The position numbers were made by a program, and so were the translations under genes. The notes under the pieces were generated by a model, which had not been told where the DNA came from, did not search any database, and worked only from the letters and a program-made list of their open reading frames with translations. From a virus (lineage: Duplodnaviria; Heunggongvirae; Uroviricota; Caudoviricetes), in the IMG/VR virus record IMGVR_UViG_3300026122_000001: a stretch of 17,980 bases of DNA. One strand, given 5' to 3'. Positions 1-7,263 of the stretch are shown here, piece by piece (position 1 is the stretch's first letter; each line of letters opens with the position of its first letter).

Positions 1-90
1 GGCTCTACAATGGGCTCCGGGACCGGCTCGGGCTCCACAATGGGCTCCACAATGGGCTCCGCAATGGGCTCCGCAATGGGCTCCGCAATG
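1..90. repeat. 12-nt tandem repeat GGCTCC(A/G)CAATG, 5 tandem copies at 31-90 plus a variant at 1-12
   Basis: Read directly; encodes EPI(A/V) units on the minus strand. Confidence 0.95.
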
Positions 91-128
91 GGCTCTGGCA
101 CGACAATCGGCTCAGGCAAACTTCGCAT
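1..128 (-). CDS. Pro/Glu-rich repeat protein, N-terminal part (runs off the window edge)
   Basis: Manual translation from ATG 128: MRSLPEPIVVPEPIAEPIAEPIAEPIVEPIVEPEPVPEPIVE..., open to position 1. Not in the ORF track. Start codon uncertain; only a weak AAGG upstream. Confidence 0.6.
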   Translation of the reverse strand, partial: MRSLPEPIVVPEPIAEPIAEPIAEPIVEPIVEPEPVPEPIVE

Positions 129-147
129 TGTTCTACGTGCCTTTAGA

Positions 148-194
148 GTGATAAACGTGCTTGTTAGGTAATCGAACTATAACAAGCTTATCAC
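148..194. other. Imperfect intergenic inverted repeat / hairpin
   Basis: GTGATAA(148-154) pairs with TTATCAC(188-194) and GCTTGTTA(159-166) with TAACAAGC(180-187); 4-nt bulge, 13-nt loop; no U-tract after it on either strand. Confidence 0.6.
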
Positions 195-203
195 ACAAAC
201 GGC

Positions 204-734
204 CTAAGTCAAGGAACAAAGTTCAAGAAGTTCAGACTTTAGCTGACTGTCACAGTCACCAATGGCCTCGGCCAGTAGGCGGGACTCCTCCAAATACATC
301 CGAATGTACTTATTGGGAGGGGTCAGCGGCATCTCTCGCAGGTTATCAATGCGGTCCAGCAACTTGAGAATGCGGGCACCACGGCTGGCACCCGCTATCG
401 CCGCCCGCATAGCCGCCTTGCGTTGGGCTCGTGGCACGCCTTTGAACGCATCACCGAGCCCGGGGCTGGTCGGGTCTGTCAATTCACCCACCATGTCAGC
501 CACGCACTCACCGAACGGGACGGCGATGTCGTCATACGTGACCCAGGTATCTTCGATAGTGTCGTGCAGGAAAGCTGCCATAACTCTGGTTTCGGTGGCT
601 TCGTCATGTGAAGCCATACGCCCGGCAATACGCGATGGGTGGGAAATGTAAGGCACGCCGGTGTATTTCCGAACCTGGCCTTGATGAGCCTGGGCAGCGA
701 ACCTTGCCGCAATCAGTATGTTATTCTGGCTCAT
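204..734 (-). CDS. HD-domain hydrolase, RelA/SpoT hydrolase-like (small alarmone hydrolase / Mesh1-like), 176 aa
   Basis: AAQAHQGQVRK, PYISHP, AAFLHDTIEDT, FGECVADMVGELTD and KLLDRIDNLRE match HD_4/Mesh1 motifs. Start moved to ATG 734, which has an AAGGAG SD. No synthetase domain. Confidence 0.9.
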   Translation of the reverse strand: MSQNNILIAARFAAQAHQGQVRKYTGVPYISHPSRIAGRMASHDEATETRVMAAFLHDTIEDTWVTYDDIAVPFGECVADMVGELTDPTSPGLGDAFKGVPRAQRKAAMRAAIAGASRGARILKLLDRIDNLREMPLTPPNKYIRMYLEESRLLAEAIGDCDSQLKSELLELCSLT

Positions 735-1092
735 TGGGGCTCCTTGGAATAGTGTGTCTGTGATCCCAATCCTGTTTCTGGTGTGCCCATACCTTGTGGT
801 TGGCTTCATCCAAGCGAACATGTAGCGTGGCGATGTACGCAAAGTCACGCGCCCGGTCGATGGCAAACTCGACGGGCACACCATGGTTGTACAGCGTGAC
901 AAAAATCGCAGCCGCCTTTCGTGCCGCAGCCTTGTTCTCAACAGGCCCTAGACTAACAACACCATGAGCCCAAACAAGAGACCAAGTATGCGAAGGCTCA
1001 CGCCCCGCTGGGCTGCGTGGTAGGCTTTCGACCAACACATGGTTGACCTCCAAGATGTTCTCGTACTGTTCGGCCAAATGAAAACCGCTCAT
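721..1092 (-). CDS. Hypothetical protein, 123 aa
   Basis: ATGA overlap with the upstream gene; contains the SD of the HD gene at its 3' end. Confidence 0.75.
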   Translation of the reverse strand: MSGFHLAEQYENILEVNHVLVESLPRSPAGREPSHTWSLVWAHGVVSLGPVENKAAARKAAAIFVTLYNHGVPVEFAIDRARDFAYIATLHVRLDEANHKVWAHQKQDWDHRHTIPRSPNEPE

Positions 1093-1322
1093 TCCAAGAC
1101 CCCCAGTTTCTTTCGGTACAGGGCCATCTTTGTCCCGGCATGTGGGTCACCCATGAATTCCAGTGCAAGCTGGTTCAACTCGATGTCACATTCGGTGCAT
1201 ATCGGACGCATGATGTTGTTGTCGGCACACGCTGACCATTGCTGCGTTGCCTTTGCGCCACATCGGACACACTTGAGCCGGGCAAGGCCTCTTTCGGTGT
1301 AGGGTTTCTTTCGGTCACTCAT
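1089..1322 (-). CDS. Small Cys-rich (CxxC...CxxC) hypothetical protein, 77 aa
   Basis: CVRC and CTEC motifs; overlap-coupled at both ends. Confidence 0.8.
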   Translation of the reverse strand: MSDRKKPYTERGLARLKCVRCGAKATQQWSACADNNIMRPICTECDIELNQLALEFMGDPHAGTKMALYRKKLGVLE

Positions 1323-1985
1323 TTGATTTGCTTCCCCTGGATAAGGCCGAGCACCCGAGCCTGTCGGAGCAGCTTGATGACAATCTTGGCGTCATCTACA
1401 GCCGTGTGTGGCACCTCGCCCGGGATACCCGCGCTCCATGCACTGTTTCATCCCGGGTAGGCGGTTCCCGTCGGTGTCCGGCCGCCAGTAATACATCGCT
1501 GGATCGATTGCCCGATGTCGGAAAATCACTTTGTCATTGCCCAGTTCGAGCCGCCTCAAGAACTGAAGATCAAATGCGCCAAAGTTCTTACCGGCCGCCG
1601 TGAGATGGTCACGTAGATCAAAACCGTTCTCCCGTAGGAATTCACATATCTCAAAGCCAACCTCACATGGTTGGTAGATTGGCACATACTCATCGAAGCC
1701 CATCTTCAAAGCTTCCGCTTCATCCTTGGGCTGGAGGGCCAGGTACTTGAAGATTTCGGCATTGAGCCACAAGGCATAGGGGGTGCCATAGAAGTATTCT
1801 GTCCGTGTCGAATCGTCCCGGCCACGAGAGTCATCCGAGCTAAGGAAACACCGGAAGGTCGGCAGATCATCCATAGGCGAATCCCAATCCGCAATGACGA
1901 TCCCGACTTCCAAAACGGAACACCACTCTGGGTCGAGCCCGGTTGTTTCAAGATCAATGCTCAGGTATCTGCCCTCTTTACCCAT
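1319..1985 (-). CDS. DEDDh 3'-5' exonuclease (DnaQ/RNase T-like), frameshifted near 1430
   Basis: ExoI IDLETTG and ExoII GKNFGAFD lie in ORF 1392-1985. ExoIII HTAVDD lies in the +1 frame (AGIPGEVPHTAVDDAKIVIKLLRQARVLGLIQGKQIK*), whose TGA (1319-1321) overlaps the next ATG. Confidence 0.85.
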
Positions 1986-2202
1986 CAGCTTCCTCGTCTC
2001 GATGAAGGTTGCATTCTTTTACCTGGTCCCACAACAAAGAGAGACCTTCCACTTCCCAGTCGCCACGATCCATAAAGCCACAGTACCCGCAGTCATGCTC
2101 CGTCTTGTCTGTCCGACGTGCCCAGTGTGGGCACAACCCGTTCTTGTCATAGCAATACGGGCCCTTGGGTATTCCAATCTGGCGGTTAGTCGGTCTGGGC
2201 AT
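1978..2202 (-). CDS. Small Cys-rich hypothetical protein, 74 aa
   Basis: Start reassigned to ATG 2202 (TGATG overlap); CYDKNGLCPHW...CGYC...WDQVKEC. Confidence 0.8.
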   Translation of the reverse strand: MPRPTNRQIGIPKGPYCYDKNGLCPHWARRTDKTEHDCGYCGFMDRGDWEVEGLSLLWDQVKECNLHRDEEADG

Positions 2203-2636
2203 CACTCGCCCTCGTTCAGCAGCGTGATGTCTTTCAGGTAGTCGGGCATCTGGCCCTTCTCTGCTTTGTACCACCGCATGCAAGCTCGACGTTCCGTATA
2301 TTCGATGCCTAGTTCTTGTATTAACGAGACTGGCACCGAGACCGCCTCGGCCCCGACGAATCGCCCGTCCAGGTAGACTACAAACTCGTCATCACCGACG
2401 TTGACCACAGTGAGACGTTTGGATGGCTGTTTGCTGACCAGTCGCGGGAACTTCCAGCACACATACCGATAGCCAGCCAAGCCGACCTCCGTGGTGTATT
2501 TCAACAGAAATGTGAAGAGGTGTGTGGCAACATAGATGCCGCCGGACAGCATGAGCAAGGTTCCCAGCAGCATACACACGGCTGGAATCACGTCAACGAA
2601 CGCAGCAAACATCAGTCGGTCTAAGATCGCATACAT
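2202..2636 (-). CDS. Hypothetical membrane protein, 144 aa
   Basis: Hydrophobic N-terminal segment (AFVDVIPAVCMLLGTLLMLSGGIYVATHLFTFLL); overlaps at both ends. Confidence 0.75.
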   Translation of the reverse strand: MYAILDRLMFAAFVDVIPAVCMLLGTLLMLSGGIYVATHLFTFLLKYTTEVGLAGYRYVCWKFPRLVSKQPSKRLTVVNVGDDEFVVYLDGRFVGAEAVSVPVSLIQELGIEYTERRACMRWYKAEKGQMPDYLKDITLLNEGE

Positions 2637-2863
2637 CAGTCAGTCCTCTCGGTTAGGTCCAATTCTACAATCATTGGGTTGGGGTGGACTTCCCAACCAC
2701 GGTAGCGGTATTGATCGTTGGCAACACGAGCTTTCGCAGCAACCGGGCCAGCACGAGTAGTCCAAATACTTGCCTGCTCCATCGTGACCCATGGGTGTCC
2801 GAACCGTGTGGACCGTCGATAATACAAGTTGGTGGCGGGGTCCCGCAGCATGAAGACAATCAT
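2636..2863 (-). CDS. Hypothetical protein, 75 aa; paralog of 3931-4161
   Basis: Start ATG 2863 (ATGA overlap); MIVFMLR...LYYRR...WV...ASIW..R.GP shared with the paralog. Confidence 0.8.
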   Translation of the reverse strand: MIVFMLRDPATNLYYRRSTRFGHPWVTMEQASIWTTRAGPVAAKARVANDQYRYRGWEVHPNPMIVELDLTERTD

Positions 2864-3507
2864 TTCTTGGCTTTCTTTTTGAAAACATGCCCGCACTCCG
2901 GGCACTTCAATGTTCGTGGGCCCACCTTAGTCTTGCACCCAGGGCATTCTTTCTTAGGGGCCTTCCGCTTTGGCTTCACTGGCTGCTCCAAGACCGTGCC
3001 GCTGACAACCTGCATCGGCGGGGCCACCGTCTTGGCCTTGGGCTTCTTGGCCTTGGGCTTCTTGGCCTTGGGCTTCTTGGCCTTGGGCTTGGGCTTGGGC
3101 TTCTTTGATTTCAGCGTGTGGTCAAGACAATGATCCGTACCGGCCACAGCATTCTTCCTACACTTTGGTTTGGAACACCGTCCGAGTAATTCGGCTGCCG
3201 CCAACGGGAAGTGCTCACGGAAATGCACCTCACACAACTTCTGGGCTGCCAACATCGTGCGATTCAGTTTGTATTGTCGCTGTGCCAGTTTGTCCCATAG
3301 AATACCAAACTCTGGGTCACCCAGCGTGGTCGGGTAGTAGCCGGGGTCCATAGGAATCCCGTCGTACTCGCTGCGCCAAACGATACGGTAGCGGCCACAA
3401 GTGGTTCGCCACTCTTTGTAGCATCGGTCCGTGCCCTGCTTGTAGCTGGTCGGAACCTTCTTGCCACGATACCGTCGCCATTCCAGTAATAGCTTCGCCT
3501 TGGCCAT
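2860..3507 (-). CDS. Basic protein with C-x4-C-x9-C-x2-H motif, (KAKKP)n linker and C-terminal double-CxxC zinc ribbon, 215 aa
   Basis: Start ATG 3507 (TAATG overlap); CSKPKCRKNAVAGTDHCLDH; KPKAK repeats; CPGC...CPECGHVF. Confidence 0.8.
   Translation of the reverse strand: MAKAKLLLEWRRYRGKKVPTSYKQGTDRCYKEWRTTCGRYRIVWRSEYDGIPMDPGYYPTTLGDPEFGILWDKLAQRQYKLNRTMLAAQKLCEVHFREHFPLAAAELLGRCSKPKCRKNAVAGTDHCLDHTLKSKKPKPKPKAKKPKAKKPKAKKPKAKTVAPPMQVVSGTVLEQPVKPKRKAPKKECPGCKTKVGPRTLKCPECGHVFKKKAKK
3031..3102. repeat. 15-nt tandem repeat CTTGGCCTTGGGCTT x4 (3031-3090) plus GGGCTT x2
   Basis: Read directly; encodes KPKAK units in frame. Confidence 0.95.
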
Positions 3508-3695
3508 TAACCGCGCCCTCGACCGGCCCGTGGGTGGCAAGGGCTGTATCTCATATGCACAGCCGGGCACGGGAATTTGCGGACCAACTTCATCTTGCCA
3601 CACTTGGGGCACTTCTTCTTGGCCTTGGTGTCACTCTGGACTTCTTCAAACTCGTGATTGCACTCGTCGCATCTGTATTCGTAGGTTCGCCACAT
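3507..3695 (-). CDS. FmdB-family zinc ribbon protein, 62 aa
   Basis: TYEYRCDECNHEFEEVQ...CPKCG...LVRK pattern; GGAGG SD before ATG 3695. Confidence 0.85.
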   Translation of the reverse strand: MWRTYEYRCDECNHEFEEVQSDTKAKKKCPKCGKMKLVRKFPCPAVHMRYSPCHPRAGRGRG

Positions 3696-3697
3696 GC

Positions 3698-3934
3698 TTA
3701 CCAATCCTCCGGGATGATGACTGTATTCTGTGTTTGGCTCAATTTGACATGTCGATTATCGCTCTCCCGGTCGCCTTCAATGAGGCGGTAGTCAGGAGCA
3801 CCATCGACATGGGTGACCCTGATTACGTGCATTTGTACTGTTGTATGCCGGACAGCATACAGCAGCCTCATGCCCGCCTTGATCTCTCGACAGAAGCGAT
3901 CCCGTGGGTTGTATTTACCTTCGTACTCGCTCAT
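3698..3934 (-). CDS. Hypothetical protein, 78 aa
   Basis: ATGA overlap upstream; contains the SD of the next gene. Confidence 0.75.
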   Translation of the reverse strand: MSEYEGKYNPRDRFCREIKAGMRLLYAVRHTTVQMHVIRVTHVDGAPDYRLIEGDRESDNRHVKLSQTQNTVIIPEDW

Positions 3935-4161
3935 ATCTGCTCCCGCATGACTTCGGCCATATTGTAGTGTTCCAGCACCATGACAACTTCCTCGTCAGGT
4001 GAGTGTTGTCGCACCCACGATGCAGCACTGGTCGGCCCACGGCGATGCACCCAGATCGATGCTTCGCTTTGATGGACCCATGTCTCGCCGCTATTGCCCT
4101 TGCCACAAGTCCGCTTGTAGTACAAGTCAGTTCCATCTTTACGCAACATGTAGACAATCAT
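3931..4161 (-). CDS. Hypothetical protein, 76 aa; paralog of 2636-2863
   Basis: Start ATG 4161 (ATGA overlap, GGAG SD); shared motifs with the paralog. Confidence 0.8.
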   Translation of the reverse strand: MIVYMLRKDGTDLYYKRTCGKGNSGETWVHQSEASIWVHRRGPTSAASWVRQHSPDEEVVMVLEHYNMAEVMREQI

Positions 4162-4937
4162 AGTCTCCACTCCCGGTAATCCAGTCTGGTTGGCCCCTCA
4201 TATTGCGGCAACCCATTTTCTTTGGCGATGTTGTTGCAGTAGATTCGGTCATATTCGACCGTCGTGCAATTCCTGCCTAGCCGCTTGCACACCCGCATTG
4301 TCGTGCCGGACCCACCACAGGGATCAATGACGCGCTCGTTCTCTTGGGTGGCCATCAGAATACATCGGGCCACCAGGTCTTCATGTAGCTGTGTCGGGCA
4401 CCACTTTCGGCGTTGTCCACTGTTGCCGGTCACTCTGGGGAAATCAAACACGTCCCCTGGCACCCGGCCCCGCTTGTCGGCCCGCTTGTCGCCGTGCATT
4501 TGCCGCCAAGACGGAACACGAATTTGATCGGGATACAAGTCCGCACCCTCTCGCGTGAATCGCCAAAGCGGGCGGTGATTGTTGCCCAGGTCGTGGTGAT
4601 TATGTTGACCGAACGTGAAGGTTTGAATACACGGCTTTACTGGAAGCCACTTGGCATCATGGTCAGCATTCCAGTGCCGTATACACCCATTGAATAACTC
4701 GCCGAAGTCAAGCGTGTGTTTGGCATTGAACGAAATCCAAAACACCTCGGTCTTCCGCATCAGCAGCCCAACGGCTTCGCTGATCCAATCCAAATAGGCA
4801 CCGTGCTTTGTGCGATCCTTGTAGGACCGATACTTCAACCCAATATTGTCAGGCGGATCAAAGAAGCCCGCCGTGGCAGGCATGAGGTTTCCCAACACGC
4901 TTTCACACTCAGCGTTTATCAATCGGTAACGGCTCAT
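4158..4937 (-). CDS. Beta-class amino (N4-C/N6-A) DNA methyltransferase-like protein with atypical DPPD motif IV, 259 aa
   Basis: Motif IV-like FFDPPDNIG near the N-terminus; PTQLHEDLVARCI; motif I-like VIDPCGGSGTT near the C-terminus (beta order). Start ATG 4937. Confidence 0.9.
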   Translation of the reverse strand: MSRYRLINAECESVLGNLMPATAGFFDPPDNIGLKYRSYKDRTKHGAYLDWISEAVGLLMRKTEVFWISFNAKHTLDFGELFNGCIRHWNADHDAKWLPVKPCIQTFTFGQHNHHDLGNNHRPLWRFTREGADLYPDQIRVPSWRQMHGDKRADKRGRVPGDVFDFPRVTGNSGQRRKWCPTQLHEDLVARCILMATQENERVIDPCGGSGTTMRVCKRLGRNCTTVEYDRIYCNNIAKENGLPQYEGPTRLDYREWRL

Positions 4938-5101
4938 TGTTGACCTTGCTTCGCTAGATGGGCTTTGGTACGGCACGGGACACAAATACGAATGACCCGC
5001 CAGTCGACAGCAGCCGCAACCTTTGTTAGTGGGTGGCCACAATCAGGGCAACAGTGCTTGGGGCACAAAAGGTTACACACGGCGTGGAATAATCTTCTCA
5101 T
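4934..5101 (-). CDS. Small zinc-finger-like protein, 55 aa (not in ORF track)
   Basis: Manual translation MRRLFHAVCNLLCPKHCCPDCGHPLTKVAAAVDWRVIRICVPCRTKAHLAKQGQQ*; fills the gap exactly with ATGA overlaps at both ends. Confidence 0.8.
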   Translation of the reverse strand: MRRLFHAVCNLLCPKHCCPDCGHPLTKVAAAVDWRVIRICVPCRTKAHLAKQGQQ

Positions 5102-5412
5102 GGTTCTATCTTATCATCACCGTCGGGGTCTGTCAAGGTCGGACCATCAGTTTTTTCGGGCTGCACCCGCTGGAGTGTAAGGATCAGCCTGGGGATATAC
5201 TGACCCACCTCGGGTGGTGGATCGTCTTCGTGTTCCCACAACATGGGCACTGACACAAGCTCGCTACCCTCAACCTCAGCGGTGGCAGCCAAGATGTCGA
5301 AGATGCGTGCCAGCCGCTCACCAGTAAGCTCGTTGCCCACCATACGTTTCCGTTGGATGGGAACCAGCTTGCTGGCATCGGGCGGGGTGAACTGGTCGTC
5401 TTTGTCAGGCAT
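5098..5412 (-). CDS. Hypothetical acidic protein, 104 aa
   Basis: Start ATG 5412, overlapping the upstream stop region; ATGA overlap downstream. Confidence 0.7.
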   Translation of the reverse strand: MPDKDDQFTPPDASKLVPIQRKRMVGNELTGERLARIFDILAATAEVEGSELVSVPMLWEHEDDPPPEVGQYIPRLILTLQRVQPEKTDGPTLTDPDGDDKIEP

Positions 5413-5743
5413 CGGTTTGAATCCTGCGTTCCACGATCCACCCCTTGGGCAGCCGTTTGTTCCTGGAGATGCCGCAGACTTTCTTGACCTGGCTCTTGGC
5501 CTCACTCTTAGTGTGGGCCAACACGGTCTGGGTGCTCAGGTCGATGGGGACCGACCCGTCTGTCCAAGCCCATAGCTGCTTTTCTTTGGGTACATCCGCT
5601 GCAATGAAGCCCATGTCAGTCATGGCCTCCTTTTGCATCTTCAGAGCGCGAGCCCTGACCTCTTGGCTGTTCAACTTACGTGTTGATGGCTCGACACGCT
5701 TGCCGTATAATTTGGGTCCACGACGACTTTGACTCTGGCTCAT
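5405..5743 (-). CDS. Hypothetical basic protein, 112 aa
   Basis: AAGGAG SD before ATG 5743. Confidence 0.8.
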   Translation of the reverse strand: MSQSQSRRGPKLYGKRVEPSTRKLNSQEVRARALKMQKEAMTDMGFIAADVPKEKQLWAWTDGSVPIDLSTQTVLAHTKSEAKSQVKKVCGISRNKRLPKGWIVERRIQTDA

Positions 5744-5753
5744 ACTGGTCTCC

Positions 5754-6245
5754 TTATGGTTTCAGTCCCGATCCAATGAAAACGAATGCGTCCTCTTTGG
5801 AGCCATAGGCTTCAAAGTGGTCCGGTATGATACGAACAGCACTGAATTGCCGGGCACCCAGCCATTCACTGACATCATCTGGGTGCCCTGGGAAACAAAT
5901 GCTCTCGGGCACCACTATCCGTAGCTGTGTAAGTCCAATGATGCTAGCCCCGGTTACTACGTCTCGCAACAGCTTTGTCCCTGCACCTCGTCTGCGAAAT
6001 GCTGGCTTGACAGCAAGACGCTCTACCTCAGCCGTGCGATCGGAAGTTCTGGTGGCTTCGTGCCAAACCACAAACCCTACCGGAACTTTGTGTACTGCGG
6101 CAATGACGGCATGCTTATTAGGGTCTTTGATCGTTTCACGCCACCAATCGAGACCCTTGGCGCCCTCATAACATTTGATCTCGATGTCCGTAAGATAGTT
6201 GATGTCGCTTGGCATGACTTGTCGCACATTGATGTCCATAATCAC
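5754..6245 (-). CDS. GNAT-family N-acetyltransferase (RimI-like)
   Basis: VGFVVW, VERLAVKPAFRRRGAGTKLL (acetyl-CoA binding R/QxxGxG) and a C-terminal EDA motif. Start is GTG 6245 or ATG 6239. Confidence 0.9.
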   Translation of the reverse strand: MIMDINVRQVMPSDINYLTDIEIKCYEGAKGLDWWRETIKDPNKHAVIAAVHKVPVGFVVWHEATRTSDRTAEVERLAVKPAFRRRGAGTKLLRDVVTGASIIGLTQLRIVVPESICFPGHPDDVSEWLGARQFSAVRIIPDHFEAYGSKEDAFVFIGSGLKP

Positions 6246-7255
6246 CCTCGATATTGTGTGGAAGATCGGGTAACCTGATTCATAAAGTCACCCAATGAAG
6301 TTCCTATGTGTGCGTTAATTGCATCGGCCTGACCGTCGAGCAACGCGCACCTTGAAGCATTTTCTTCGGCGTTAAGCTCGGGGAAAATCAACCCTTGTTC
6401 GATCCGGTTCCACGCATCCTGCAATCGTTGCAGGAGACATTCCTGGTAAACCTTCGAGATACGTCCCGCATGGTTGGCAACCCGAATCAACGGTTTGTTC
6501 CCAGGCCCCTGGGGCTTGCAGGCAAGTTGATCGATCCGCACGATCAGCTTCTCTTCACCGACCTCTTCACCCATCATCCAGCCATACATGCAACATTGGT
6601 CTGCCCATGAAGCATTGTTGGCCTCCAAATAACCAGTCCCGATTGTGACCCCGTGCCAATGCAACGGTGTGTACAATTTGTGGGCCTTACCAGCCCCACG
6701 ACTGGGTTTGGCAGTCTTGATATTCCAACCATCTCGTACCCGCACGTACCCTTTGCATGGGCTGGTTGCGCTCTTTGCCGAACAGTAGCCGTTCACCTTC
6801 CAGTCCAGAACGACGTGGGCCCCTGATTCATGGACGAAACGGCAGTCCGGCTTTCCGAATATCGGAACGCCACCGACCACAGCTTCGGCGTCAAATTCAA
6901 ACTGTGGCGGCTCTTTGGCTGCTTGCAACAGGGCAAGCAACTCGTCAAAGGACCCAGTTTCCTTGTAGGCCTGGAAAGCATAAAATCCATGCTCGTAGCC
7001 CCATTCGTGATTTTGTGGCTCCACTTGAGCCTCGAACAATGCGTCCAATGTATACTCAGGGTTGCTCCCCTGACCGAACAACGCTGCGTACAACGCAGAC
7101 TTGCAGAAAGCATCAAAGGCTGAGCCTGCCGCCATATAATGGTTCTGTGGAACCTTCGGCGGCTTCACGTTAGCGAGGTGCTTCACATAGTATTCTTCCG
7201 GGTCTTTCTCGAACAGACCGAGGGACGACGGGCTCATATACTTAGGCTTGCGCAT
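6242..7255 (-). CDS. PD-(D/E)XK superfamily nuclease (RecB/Cas4-like phage exonuclease), 337 aa
   Basis: MSPSSL, GSAFD, GKPDCRF, VLDWK, QCCMYGW motifs; AAGGA SD. Confidence 0.8.
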   Translation of the reverse strand: MRKPKYMSPSSLGLFEKDPEEYYVKHLANVKPPKVPQNHYMAAGSAFDAFCKSALYAALFGQGSNPEYTLDALFEAQVEPQNHEWGYEHGFYAFQAYKETGSFDELLALLQAAKEPPQFEFDAEAVVGGVPIFGKPDCRFVHESGAHVVLDWKVNGYCSAKSATSPCKGYVRVRDGWNIKTAKPSRGAGKAHKLYTPLHWHGVTIGTGYLEANNASWADQCCMYGWMMGEEVGEEKLIVRIDQLACKPQGPGNKPLIRVANHAGRISKVYQECLLQRLQDAWNRIEQGLIFPELNAEENASRCALLDGQADAINAHIGTSLGDFMNQVTRSSTQYRG

Positions 7256-7263
7256 AATGTTCC

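Noticed and set aside
204-206. Genome-wide TAG stop-codon reassignment
   Set aside because: TAG stops are rare here, but long genes such as polA (896 aa) and the ligase contain no in-frame TAG, which recoding would be expected to produce.
204-941. Longer starts given by the ORF track (941, 2283, 2905, 3612, 5042, 5505, 8289, 8765, 11866)
   Set aside because: They overlap upstream genes in other frames; internal ATGs with SD or stop-start overlaps fit better.
6242-7255. Cas4 / CRISPR adaptation gene
   Set aside because: No cas1/cas2 or array, and no clear Cas4 four-Cys Fe-S pattern; a generic phage PD-(D/E)XK exonuclease fits better.
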